Shown: positions 12,101 to 24,678, counted from the first letter of the stretch. The stretch is 64,000 nucleotides of DNA from Haplodiscus bocki (GCA_965655095.1 OZ296648.1:143592001-143656000); one strand, 5' to 3'. Made by a program: numbers and translations. Notes: generated by a model not told the origin, from the sequence alone.

Positions 12101-13061
12101 CAAAAAAAAATGCAACTTACTATTACAATTTGTTCAAAATGTAATGCAACATTTGCTCGAAACAAAGAAACAAGATCTGAACACATGTGCACATTATGTA
12201 CCAGAAACAACTTCTCTATTTTTACGGAAAAGACGTGAAGCGAGAAACGGATTGATTGAATATCTTTGCTGACTATATCAAACAACGTTAGTGTTCTCGT
12301 TCAACCCGGGTTTACTACCATACAAAAAACGGGGAAATCATAGAAAGTCATATATGGTGATCTCTGAAAACATTAAAGCCATAGAAAGTACCATTAAGTT
12401 TATGGTAACATGCAAGCCATAAAAAGACCATACTGTAGTATGATTCCATGCAAGTCAAACACTGTACCATAGTATGGCCATAGTACGGAAAAGCATGCGC
12501 GAATTTCATCAGATTATGATAAAGTTTTCTGGTGAACAAAAATTTGACTTAAAATACTCATGGAAAACATTACATTAAAGGGTGAAGTTCGAAACTTTTG
12601 GCAATTATATGACTCAGGAGCATAGTAAATGCCATCTGCGTTCATTTCTGGTTGCATAAAATTAAAAATGAGCTTCTGTGAAATCCCATTTCCGACAAGT
12701 ATAGTGTACAGTGATGTAGTTTTACAAACTACGACACAAGTAAAAGTCTTTCTTTCTTAGCACAAACGCGGAAAGTTGAACTCTGAAAGTTGCTGACGGG
12801 CATTCTTTTTGGGTCTTGAAGTTGTCAAGACCTTTGAATTACTCGGAACTATGTAATTAAAAATTTGGAAGTTGTTTGTCGAAAAATAAATCAAGAAAAA
12901 CATGAAAATCATTAGATGACCATACAAAATAACAGTAAAGACATTAACTGGCCATATAGGTTTATGACTGACAGACATTTTATAGTATGACCATAGAAAA
13001 AACAGGAAACTAATGGCATTACCATAAGCTGTTTTTGTGTATGGCAGTTTATGGTCCATAG

Positions 13062-15459
13062 TGTTGCAGAGGTAGGGGGATGCTGTGCTACTACGAGCAT
13101 GTGGAAAGTAGAACTAGAACTTGAATTTAATTTTCTTTCTGGTTCTGATTTTCTCTACCGCTTAGTGCGGCAGGTGATTAGCGTTCCTTTTGTTGTCTGA
13201 AAGAGTACAGCGGTGGCGCCGCGGCAGTTGTTCTGTCTAATGAAAATAAGTCTCAGGGGTTTCATTGATCTACTTTCAGCTGCCTTGCTGGCTCCGCGAA
13301 CAAATATTGCGTAAGTTCAATAAAAAGGGCTGTTTGAGCGATGAAAGGAAAATAGAGAAAGAAATAAAAAACAGTTCAGTAAACCGGGGGAAATTAAACA
13401 TACGAGATTGAAGAGAAAAGGAAACGGTGCAATTTGGGAACTGAGTCATGTCTAGTTGAGAGCAATGGAAGTGGGAACTACTAGAAAAAGAAGTTGTCTG
13501 TTCCATTAACTTCACAAAGAACGGTTGAAGAAAACTCTTTAGCTTTCACAAAATAGAAAAAAGATTGATTCTCGTACGAAATTTCTGTCCCCTTCTGTAT
13601 CTAGTCCCAAACTTTAGCTCTCCATGAACCCGAAAGATAACCAAAGTGAAATTCAATCCATATTCAATAAGTCTGGAGATTATCCGGTTTTTAAAATATC
13701 CTGCAGGAAAGAAGATCGTTGATGACTTGATCTTATGGTTTTCATGATATTAAATCTTCAAAATGTGTGAAATTCGATCAAAATGCAGATAGTGGAAAAA
13801 TCCCAAAAACGAACGGTAATTTATGTTATTGAGTTGGACTAAAAAACCGGAAGACAATTTACTTGTCAGAAAAACTCCCAAAAATTTTTGTTTGGGATAA
13901 CTCAAGATAATGTTGAATAATATGGTTGACTTTATTTTTTGTTTTGGTCTAGGAAGGACTTTTTTTCTCCAGTTTTTCTAGCACTTTTTTTCTGACTTGG
14001 GTTTAGTTTTTGCTGGTTTCATTTTTTAGTTGTTAATTTATGTCATATGTAAAACACTATCTTTTAGTCTACACTCAGTACTTGCGTTAGCATAGCAACT
14101 GGTTCAGGGAGCTTGGTTTTCCCCGAATTTTCCAAACCGTTAGTAAATCTCCGGATTTTTTGACGGGGTTTGATATGTTTTAAATTTTGTCTAATACTCA
14201 GGTGAAACTCGCTTTCCAGCGGCGACCTGGTGATGTTCTCTTAGTCTGTTTTTCTCCACCCAAGAATGTTGTCTAGCAGATTTTTTGAAAGGGAATTCTA
14301 TAACATTAGAATTGGTCAGAGAGATATTATATTCTCTTTCTGAACAGGAAAACTTTTTAACTAACGGATACCGTCGATGGAGTCGGATGATCTGCGTGTT
14401 GTTCTGGGACTCTCCTCTCATGACTCTGACTCGCGAAGAGAGTGAATAAGAACTTTCAAATCAATGCGAGCAATGGAATTGTTTGAAAGTTACAGAAGGG
14501 GACGGTTTCCGCGTATTTATTCCGTATCTCGGACTTCAGAATAATTTCTAAAAACCATGGAAGCAGACGAGGTGAGATTTGATCTATGTAACGCTAATTC
14601 TTTTTTCCTAGGAACACCATGGAGGTTGTGCAGTTTATGATCCACTCATGCTTCAGGACCGGAGGTCGTTAGCGGCATCCGCACACGCTAATACCAAAGG
14701 TAGCGTTAGCGGAGACTGTGTAGACTCCAGCGGCAAGAGTATAGAATAAAACAAGTTGTGCAAAGTAAGGTTCACACTTGTTACAGAACCGAAGTTCATC
14801 CACGGAATCAGCGCACGGTAAAACCAAAGCTAGCGTTAGTGGACTCTGTTTAGACTGCAGCGGCAAGAGTTTGAAATGGGTAAGCAGAAAAGAGCGATAT
14901 TTTCTAAGTCAGAAAAAAAATGGGACTCAGAATATTTTTGCGAAGTTGGAATGATTTTGTGGCTATTACAGAATTTGGAATTGTCTTAGAAAATATTTTC
15001 AGGATTGCAGTTGGATTTAGACTTTTTTTGTCCAAAAAACAAAAAAGGAGAAAGGGAGTTCGACTTGAAATATTTTGTCCAAGTAAAAAGGGAGAAGGAG
15101 AGTAAAGTAAAGCAAGTCAGAATAGGAGTGTGGAGCCCCGTCCGTTAAACGGGAAAACGAATTTTGATCGGGTCGCTTTCCCAGATCGACTCCAAAGTAA
15201 CAGCGTGCTGCCGTTTCATGCAACCAATACAAAAATAGCTTGTACCAAAAATGGTCGGCAGCAGGAGCCATTAGACAAATAGCTCCCGTCAGAATGTTTT
15301 GTAATAAATTATTTGTGCAACTGCAACGGTTAATTTATTGCAGCTATTTTATTCTTTCTCTTATCCGCCTTGCAAGATTGTCTCCTTAGAAAAGGTTAGC
15401 TTTAATTATTTAGTCATATTTAAATTACTTAACATTTAATCGTTATGTGTAAAACGATA
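13062..15459 (-). repeat. 3' LTR (2398 bp)
   Basis: Collinear with 29325-31723; about 13 differences in the first ~165 bp by eye (~90% identity). Plus-strand ends TGTTGC...ACGATA. Confidence 0.95.
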
Positions 15460-15471
15460 TCTCACCCCGCT
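15460..15471 (-). promoter_or_regulatory. Polypurine tract (PPT)
   Basis: Minus strand reads AGCGGGGTGAGA immediately before the 3' LTR. Confidence 0.7.
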
Positions 15472-15500
15472 GAAAGGGAAGTGAATTTGATTGAGGGGCT

Positions 15501-16784
15501 CTATGGAAAAAGGAAGAGGAGGGAAGTTTGGTTGTGAGGTTTTAGCAGAGGAGGGTCGAAAAATTTGATCTCTATAAAATTCGCACCATCAATTAGAAAA
15601 CATTGAGTTTCGCTAAAGAGTTTGTAGTGAGGAAGGAAGTTATTGATGAGGATTGTTGCATCTCCTGTTTTTGTTGAGATTGTGGGATTCTTGAAGACCA
15701 GATCTTGATCAGGCTAAACTGTTTTGGTCCATGTGTTCAGTGGGTCCAGTTGATCACGGACACCAACGCTGATGATCTTCGAGAAGGGCCGTTGAAACAG
15801 ATTGTCGTAGTCAGCAGGGAAGAGGGTGGCTAGGATTGATGTACACCTGCCAGTTGCTGGTCCAATACCGTAAGGGTAGAACTTGATGGAAAATTTTTGT
15901 CCATGGGGATAAGTCCTGAAAAAAGGACTAGTAAAACTCGTGGTCGGTTCAAAAAGGGGATCAGATGATGGTCGGGCCACTTTTGTAGAGTCGAATAAGA
16001 ACTTCACTGAGGGCATCTTCCAAATGATAACATCTGAATTGCCGGGTTCGAGTTGGCGACTTTTATCATACGAGAAAAAGTTTTGAGAATGAATCCCCGC
16101 AGTAATAGACGTATAAGCTGCTATTTCATCCGTAAATAAATTTTCGAGTTTGGAAATTCTTGAAGTGAGGTTCTGTACCGTTGTTGGAGGAGCTTCCTGC
16201 ATGTTGAATGTGGGCTGGAAATCGTCGTTTGCAGAATTGTTTGTTTTCCCCGCGGGTGTTCCCACAGCGCCCACCGGTGTAGAACGACGAAATTTCGGGG
16301 CGTCAGCACAAAGTAGTTGGAGTGCAGTTGAAGTAGGGTTGAGGTTAGGGTTAGGGTTAATTAGAGGACTGGTAGCGGAGTTGTTAGCTGCAATATACTT
16401 GTTGGAGGTTGTTCCAATCGAGGAGAAGAGCAAATGGCGCAAAAAGGCACAGTCAATCCGCAGTTGAAGGACAATGAGTTGTGGTGTTTGTCGGTCGAGT
16501 TTTTCTCCCTTCAAGTGTTGGTTGAACTGTTGGATGCTCTTGTGAATAACCTGTAGACAGTTCGCTTGATGTTGGAGAGGTGAAGAAAAAGGAGATAAAG
16601 ATCCAGGAAGTAATGGATGAGCTGCTGCATCCTGCTTAGAGTGACTTGTCGGCAGAATAAGAGGGAGGATGAAAATGCCGTCAGCGATGGGTTGGTTAAA
16701 AGGAGGACCATGAGATGGGATGAATGGCCGAGGCATTCCGGGAAGAAATCGAGTCAAGGGACACTCCTTGTAGTAGAGTTGCAC
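15501..16784 (-). pseudogene. Retroelement cargo: coiled-coil + TRAF-type MATH domain protein (premature stop at 15714)
   Basis: Reads VIIWKM...FTSPFFRTYPHGQKFSIKFYPYGIG..GRCTSILATLFPADYDNLFQRPFSKIISVGVRDQ. In frame past the TAG it continues PDQDLVFKNP...NNFLPHYKLF...FLIDGANFIEIKF to a stop at 15501, matching the TRAF-C consensus. Heptad TVQNLTSRISKLENLF precedes it. Fragments at 16818-17361 are probably its frameshifted N-terminus. Confidence 0.85.
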
Positions 16785-17549
16785 AGCGAAATAGGTGGGC
16801 CCGAGGGAGGATGATAATCATGGAGGAAAACGGATGCAAGAGGGTTGAGCGACATCAGCGGGAAAATGCGGCGATCGCCTGTGGAGGGACCAACAACCGT
16901 TGAGAGGGTAGATATGTGCTTTGAACCGTGTTTTCTTGGCATCGGCTATCCCAAAAGAATATTTCCCAGGTATAGAATTCTGGTTTGAGACTGTATTGTA
17001 AATGTTGATTGAAGCGGGTTTGTTTTGTTCTCCCTGTGTTTTTAGTATACTTTTCACGGCGATGTTGACGTCCAATAGTAGGGTGATCAGGCTGAACCTT
17101 GAGGTGACTGGGGTGTGAAAGAACGGGTCGAACGTCCCATAGGAGTGAACTAATTGGAGGAAATCCTTCTGTTGCTTTAGATTGATCGTTTTCAAGCAGC
17201 AACACTGAGAACTGTAATCCGGTTGAAGGAGAAGAAGCGGCGTCTGAGATTACGTTTGTGGGATTGTTAGTATAATGTGAAGTTGAGGCGGACGACCCGT
17301 TGGGCGAAGCTGAATGAGAGGGTATTTTTGCAGGAGAGGAGGTAGGAGAGAGAAAGGTCACGATAGGGTTAGAGGGAAGGTCGGAACTAGAAGGCGTAAA
17401 CGATTGGAAATCTTGTTCTGGGTCGAGAAAGACTGACAGACAATCGTCACTAGGAGGAAAAGTTCAGTGAGATGCGGCCTAAGGAAAAGAAATAAAACAA
17501 AGTTAAACAGGAGAAAGTGGAGTTACGGATCGGTTAAATTGAGCCGGCA

Positions 17550-19738
17550 TCATGACTGGATAAACATGTTCTTCCTTCTTCTTAGTATCCTCTCACATAT
17601 AGTGTTACTCTTCCTGATTACATAGAGTTTTTCTCTTTTCTTCTACCGCAGCGAGTGCAGGCGTGCGTGGATCAAAATTAAAGTCAAAACTGACCCAAGA
17701 AATATGTTTTATGAGGTGCTTAGAAGGGTCTTACTGAAATCGAGTGATGCGCCAGTCATTTTCGTTTTTTCTAAGTGGCGTATTACCATAACCACAGCAT
17801 CTGTTAGAAATTTTAAAAAAACACGGAGATTTTGATTCCGCAGTGTTCAAGAGCGTAGACGACTGGTCCAAATGTATCCATAAACTTATCTTTAAAGCAG
17901 CCAGGTGAGATAATATTGTCGACATAGGAATCTCATTAGGGAGCATAATAAGGATAATTGTCCGAGTTCTTGTTATTGTTCGAAAAGACAATGAGTTTTT
18001 CCGAGAACTCCTTCTGATCATTTTGGGAGGCAGCACTGCTCAGGATTTTGTCCCAAAAACTACTGATTTCCTTTCTAGTGTACATTGCAGCATCTTGAGA
18101 TCCAGGGAAAAATTGAACTGCCACTGCTGAAACTTCTTTGGGCCCAAACACAGCGGGTCTGTCCTGGTGTGCAAGGCCAGGTGTTAGTGTATACCAAGAA
18201 TCTTCTTGGTCCATGTCGAATTGAAAGAGGTTTTTGATTCGGTCTCTACAATTTTGTAAGTTAGCGGCGGGGTGTTTTTGTTGTGTAATGGGGTCAGCAA
18301 AAAGAATCTGGCCATCGTAGAGTATCGGGATCCGATCGAAGCACTGGTTCATAGTGTGAAGTGTTGAATGAACTAGTGGGCAGTGATACAGGCCAGCTAA
18401 ACTGCAATCAGTTTCCAGAATTTTTTACCAATTTCCAGCGATTATATACCCTGCGAGGCGTGGGTTTTCAAGAGATAGCATCAGAACAGTAAGAATTTGT
18501 GTTCGTTCTTGCTCATATTGGTTTTTAAAGAGTTTTATCTCAGAAGCTTGAAGTAATTGTGAGCTCTGGAAGAAGAGGTAGTCCAATTTTGTTCCCATGT
18601 GCATTTCGTAATCCATATTCAGATACATGTCTTCATCGCTTGTTTTGTGGGACGTGTGTTTCGGATCGTAGGCATAGAGTTGCGCAAATCCGTTTTTCTC
18701 ATTGGTGCTATGTACTGTAAGATTTGAGTTGCACCTTTCCGTTCCTTGACAAGATTCCTTGCAGATCTCAAGTCAAAGTTTCCGTTGATGATTGCTACAA
18801 AGAAAGAATCGTAATAAGTTGGGTAACTATCTGTCGGCTTTCTACATTGTTTTTGAGGATTGTTTTCGTTTTCAAATACAAAATTGGTTGTCGAGACAGG
18901 TCTACTAATGATATTTTCTTTTGTTCTTTGTTTCACCATGTTAACGTCTTCGGTTTGGAGGATTGATAACACACAGTTGTCATGGTAGTCCCATATGTAG
19001 GCGTAAGGATCCAGTGAAATTGTCAGGCAACTTAATTCTTCCAGTGCGCATGGCAAAACTTGAAGAGAGTCGGAAAAAATTTTCCCAGTTGACGACATTC
19101 TGACTTTTAGTTTTGTTTGTTGCATATGAGCCAGGATGGTATCACGGGTAACCCAACCACCTGCGATGCAGCGACTTCTGTTATTACCGCTCGTAGAACC
19201 CTCTGCGATTACAAAAGTATTCATTGTGTCACACTCAACTTCCACAAATCGAACAGCCAGAGACATCATACTTCCTGTTGCAAGAGATCGGCCTTGTTCT
19301 GGTGAGATTACTAAGTCACTAGTAATTCCAGCTATAGTATGATCGGTGCTGCTGTGGCCGTTATGTCCACAGTGTTACTCTACTCACTGGTGCTGAATTC
19401 GACATTTTGTTGCGTTAAGTTCTTTCCGGAATTGCTTAGTGTAGAGGATATATTTCGTTTGACTATTTTCCAATTCCTCCGGTGTAATGTGGCTTTGTCG
19501 TGCCTGGTTGAGAGCTTAGAGAGTGCTTTCTGTCGAGGCACCACAATCGAAGTGAGACACTCTAAAATTCTTGGCAACATGGTCTGCATCTGGAACTAAA
19601 GTGCAAACAACCTCGGAACAAAAACGAGGATTTGAAGAAGAATTAGCGTCCTCGCTGAACATTCCAGCGGAAGTTCCGTCTGTGGTATTTTACTTCAGAG
19701 GGTAAAACTAATAAAAACAATGAAAGTAGCGTCTTCAC
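17550..19738 (-). pseudogene. env-like envelope glycoprotein resembling gB-like/chuvirus-type class III fusogens; multiple stops and frameshifts
   Basis: Signal-like VKTLLSLFLLVLPSEV at 19738, then SHFDCG, LNATKCRI..HCGH, LPCALEELSC..DPYAYIWDYHDNC, GTKLDYLF..EQERTQIL..LSLENPRLAGY and LYHCPLVH..NQCFDRIPILY..FADPIT..QNC. Hydrophobic stretch near 17800. 3' end approximate. Confidence 0.75.
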
Positions 19739-20307
19739 GGAGTGTCTCAGTGGAAGTTCATTCCATGGTTTTTGGGGAATAGCTATTGAAAAAGACCGTA
19801 ATATCAAACTGGCGCTTTGTAGGCGCTAACACAAAGTGGGACTTAACATTTTATGGTAGTAGCTCCACTACTATTAAAACGATGTCGAGATTTTCAAAAA
19901 GAGTGCCGGATTAAAACAGGTATCACCGAAAAAAGTGCCATATTAAATTTTAAAAATAACTCACCTGGACCATTGAATTGGTTTAATTGTAGTTTTTTTG
20001 TTTCGTTGTGGGCTTGTGGTTTGGTCCTCAGAGACTGAAAATTGACACCGACGAATGAATTCTTTAACTAAGTGTCTGGTCAGAGGATGAGTGTTTCTGA
20101 AGTGCGAAAATTTCGTAGGTTCTTGTTGGGCTAAAAGGAGACTTGTTAGCTCTTCAGTTTTGCTTTAAAGTGAAATTTCCAGTTTCCAGGTTGCAGTTGC
20201 CTCACATTGTGGGCTGGTATAACAATTGGGCAGATACTTCGCTCCACTCAATCTTTGTGATCTCCACGTGATTACTTGTAGCAGGGGGCTGCCTGCGGAA
20301 CTTGATG

Positions 20308-21359
20308 TTAAAATCGAATGTCATATAGATCAACAAGAGGGTGCAGGTTTTGGATCTGTGACACCTCATTAAATCTCCCAAAGCTTTTGTCCATAAAATC
20401 CAACAAATCGTCCAAGCTTTGGTTTTCCCTTTTATCCAGTGTCCTGGAAATTTTTAGAGCCACAAAAAGACTGGCGAATTCTTCTGTTTGGACTGTTGTG
20501 GGAATTCTCAACAACCCGCAATCTGACTTGTAATGGATTTTTGTCCCCTATCCAGAAGATTTTAGTTATAAAGTGTTCTTGCAGAGAAAAGGCTGTCCAA
20601 TTGCAGCGAATGTCAGCTCTCAGATGCGTCCTGTTGTCACCAGGTCGTCTTAAATTAGTTTCTATTGGGTGCACTGAGTGAAGTGTCATTCCTTCAAAGT
20701 GTTTTTTACATGCTTACGATCTTCGTTGGAGGAGGGTTCTCGAAGAGACTTTCAAAAATTGCAAAGTTTGCAGTTTCTGGACGATAAGAAAAAGTAGCTT
20801 TTCCCCAAGTTTCAAGTTTTTTCGTGTCGATTTGGTGACTTCGAAATGTAATGTTATAGGTCAAGCTTTTGTTAATGTAGATTTTGTCGTTTATATCGGG
20901 AAAAGTAGTGGTCATGTAACACTTTCCGTCTTGGCTCTTGATCAAAACTGGAGGTGGATTTTTAAAAAGAGCTGCATTGAAAGAATAGTGGGATATTCCG
21001 GGAGTACAATTGTAGGCGAGTATTTGTTCATCATGGGTAGACTCCGTAATTACTCTGATTTCTTTGGTAAAATTGTTAAAAATGTTGCTCACGATTATGT
21101 GGAATTGTTTGTCAATATTGAGAAGGGTATGTGTCATTTAGATACGGTAGTCTTTGTTTCCTTAACCGATGTTGCTAGGCATGTAGATTTCTGAATAGAG
21201 GAGTTGGCGTAAATGATAACGCTTAGGCGATCCAGAAGGGCAAATGTACACCTCTTTTGTCTCTTTTTCAGTTTCAATATGGAGTATGACAGTCTTGGAA
21301 ACGGTTGTCAGTTCAATTCGTATGATTGCTTTTAATTTTCCCTCCTTTTTGAAATACAT
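20308..21359 (-). pseudogene. Unknown accessory ORF of the retroelement (stops/frameshifts)
   Basis: ORFs 21162-21359 and 20706-21137 are in the same frame and continue by frameshift into 20432-20689 and 20308-20514. Internal repeat ALFKNPPPVLIKS / SLFENPPPTKIVS. Confidence 0.55.
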
Positions 21360-21769
21360 CGAGTCATAGCAAAACTGACAACGAAGCCATCAGTTTTTTC
21401 ATTGCTCTTCGAGTAAGTAGAATTTTGAAATTATTAATAATAAACTAAGGTTTTCCCTAAAATTTTCATTGGTTAAAAAAGTTTTCACAAAATTAAAAAA
21501 AAACATTGATCAAGTCAGCGTTTTTTGTTTCTTCCATTCTACTGTATTTTTTGTTCTGCTACGTTTATCGTAGTAGGGCCTTCCAGGGTAGAATTAGGTG
21601 TCTCGTGGGTTGGGTAGGAGTCGGATTGAGTAAGGCGAAAAGAACAAGAAATTGCAAAGTTCCAGCAGGATATTTATGAGAAATTCAAGGAATCATTGAA
21701 AAGATTAGGCGTCGGGATAGGAACCAGGGGTCGTAGTTTCATTATCAAAAACTTTCTTGTTGTTGAAGG

Positions 21770-22471
21770 ATGGATCACTACGAAAAGTATTTCGAAGAGG
21801 AAGAAGAAGTTAAAATTGAAAATGAGGAGGTAGTGGTTAGCGTAGTAGCGCCACAACCAGTGAATATGCCACCAGGGGTTGTAGTGGGTCCGGTTGCCGG
21901 GTCACCGGAGTCGCCTTTGCCCTCCCCGTCGCCTCCATCGCCGTCTCTCCAAGAACCTTCTCCGCCCCAAAGTTCCCCGTTAGGGGATGCGCCGTTATTC
22001 ATGGGTTCTTTTAAAATTGATGACATCGTAGATCTCGATCAATGGGCGATGGATGCGAGGGCCACCAAAGAAGACCCAAATGTCCGCAGTGAGGAGCCTG
22101 AGATGTCACCCAACCTGAAGACATTCATGCGATATACGCTGGGGACACAATGGGAATTGAAACTGATTCGAGAGTCGGGAGAAAGAGTTATCTGCCAACT
22201 AAGAGCTTACTTAGAGGGTTACAACTCGTTGACTAGCTTCAACTGCCGCAGTGGCTCCGGCTGTTTTGTGCCTGGACGGCAACTGAAAGGCGAGAGCAGC
22301 TGGAGCTGCTCGCCGAGGCTGGTGGTTTTCTTGAGTTGTGAGGCTTTCGGGCCTTCCTCTGGGTCGTCGGCCGTTCTCGGCCGACGGCCTTTTTCTATGT
22401 CTTGTGCCCGCCGTTGTGGTAAAAATCTCGGAGTTGCACGGAATAAAAAAGGGAGGTATCAAAATGTTTAG
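21770..22471 (+). CDS. Antisense ORF inside the retroelement; acidic and Pro/Ser-rich protein of 233 aa
   Basis: ATG-initiated 702-bp open frame opposite to gag-pol, with an EEEEEE N-terminus and a PSPSPPSP tract. Coding-like sequence with stops continues to ~22900. Confidence 0.5.
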   Translation: MDHYEKYFEEEEEVKIENEEVVVSVVAPQPVNMPPGVVVGPVAGSPESPLPSPSPPSPSLQEPSPPQSSPLGDAPLFMGSFKIDDIVDLDQWAMDARATKEDPNVRSEEPEMSPNLKTFMRYTLGTQWELKLIRESGERVICQLRAYLEGYNSLTSFNCRSGSGCFVPGRQLKGESSWSCSPRLVVFLSCEAFGPSSGSSAVLGRRPFSMSCARRCGKNLGVARNKKGRYQNV

Positions 22472-22980
22472 GAGAAATTATTGGAATCATCAGAAAAAAA
22501 TGCGGAAACTGATGAGTCAATAGAACGAACTGATTCATGATCAGACTTTTCAAAAGCAATATTATCGAAGATGTGTGAAGGAATTCTGGTCGAAAGATAG
22601 AAGAGCAATTCTTCGAGCAAGGGCTCAGAACATGAAAGAGAGTGTCGTCAAAGAAGTTCGTATAAACTAGCCGTAGCTTTAGAACCGAAATGAACTTGAA
22701 GATTACTTTTGTTAACGTGAAGTTTGAGATAGATAGGGGTTTAGAAGAGACGCAGACACGGACAATATGAGTAGCATAATTCCAATATACTTTAGTGAGA
22801 AGTGCTGAAACGTAGTTCAGACCGTGCCAATCAGGAAGGACCTGCCCAATGCAACTCGGGTAAATCTTATGGCATTTAGGCATTGTTATCTGGAAAAGAA
22901 AAATCATAAAAACCCCGTAGAAAAAATGCAAGCAAGCCAAACTAAACATACAAAAAAGGGTATAACTCAGTAACAAAAAG

Positions 22981-24650
22981 TTAGAATTTGTAGTGCTGGC
23001 GAGTGCGAGTGCGGCGCACTGAGTGTGGATAAAGATGATTGGGCTGTGAACGATTGTAATTAGGTTCCTTGGCTTTGGGTTCACGGCTATTATTTTTGAA
23101 TTGTTGAAATGGAGTTAATGGTCCACTAGGAGGATTCGTTCGTGAAATTGATGGTATTCGATGGAGCTGCGATATATCAGGAGTTATTGGCAGTTCCGGC
23201 GATAAGACATGAGGAGAATTGACTCCAGGGTCATTGCTAGTATTAATGACTCGTTTCTGAGGAATTGTAATAGGGGTTGTCCGAAAGGGTTCAATAGGAA
23301 ATGGGAAAGAATTTCCCATGCCTGATTTTTTGGTATTGTTCAACTTCTGGATTCGCTGCTGCACGAATCTTCCGTGAAAATCGTCATGACGTCGATCCAT
23401 AGGCATATATTTTTCGTTAATCGGGGGTGGGGTTTCTTCCTCAGGTTAGTATTCGACTAGATGAGTTTGGTGCACCGTTTTGAGAATTTTAGGATCCCTG
23501 TCATGTTGAATTTGGTATTTGGTGTTAGTTACTCGTTTTGTTACCGTAAAAGGTCCGATTTACCTCTGTCGAAGTTTCTGGCTTGTAGAGAGATCTTGGC
23601 GATGACTTTCGTAAAGAACTTTTTGGCGGATGTCGAGGTGTTGTCTCAATTTCAAACGGTTTCTGTAGCCATGCGATCTATACGTTTTTTCTTGATATCT
23701 TCCAAAAGTGGCAGAATAGATGCTTTTGAAATCGCGTTCTCGTTCCAAGAGTGTGTGTAAAATTTGCGGTCGAAGAAGATTATCTAATAACTGATTCTTT
23801 AGATTGTTCTCACTGTGTGAGAGAATTGGTAGGTCTTCGCAGAATTCAGAACTGCAAACTTTCTGAATAATGCGATAGAGTCCAAATTTCAGAGAAATAG
23901 GAATCTGAGGTTTTGTCCCGGAAACAATTTCATAAGTTGTGCTTCCAGTTGTGTAGTTGACACTTGTATTGTGGGCAAAAGCGAAATTCGTTTCTGAGGA
24001 AGACCAATTGTTTCCAGCGTCGTTCGAAAGGTTCCGCCAAAAACCAGCAAAATGTTGACTCTGTCTTCCATTTTTTCCGTTAGTCTATGACTAATGAGCA
24101 GTTTTGTGTCGTAAAGTACTTACTAACACTTTTGTCCAGTTTACGAAATCGGTGTTGCTGGAGGCAGTGCCTCAATCGTGCACAATAGATTGAAGAATTC
24201 CGAATGAATGGACCCTTTTCTCGACAGCCGAAATTGTAGCTTGAGCACCAGTGTTAGTAACTGGGTATACCATCAGCAAGCGAGAAAATGCATCAATAAC
24301 CAAAAGACAACGAAGGTTGCGATTACTTGAGGGGTGGATAGGTCCTTTGTGATCAATATGGATTGTTCGGAACGGAACAGTTCTTTTTGCCGTTCTTCCA
24401 ATGGAACTTCATCCGGTGCTTGGGTTCAGGCTTGATATTCTGGCAGGTGAAGCAGTCAGCAGTATGTGCACATATCCAATGAAACATACCAGACCAGTAG
24501 TAGAAATGTTTTGCTTTGTTGTAGGTTTTTGAAGCGCCCATCTGTTCGCATACTTTGTTGTAATGTCCAAATTCGAAACATGCTAGGAATAGTGACAGAG
24601 GTAAGCAAATTCGTAGGATTTCATCGTCTAATTTATCAGTAGGTTCGTTG
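22981..24650 (-). pseudogene. Integrase (HHCC zinc domain, DDE core, long C-terminal region), fragmented
   Basis: GH..MGASKTYNKAKHFYYWSGMFHWICAHTADCFTCQ, then IHIDHKGP and LLVIDAFSR; downstream fragments 23889-24071, 23560-23748 and 22981-23406. Confidence 0.85.
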
Positions 24651-24678
24651 TAGTATAAAAGTTGTCCTTCTTTTTCGA

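Noticed and set aside
22395-23084. 229-aa hydrophobic minus-strand ORF, a possible membrane protein
   Set aside because: Likely the shadow of purine-rich plus-strand sequence; no motif.
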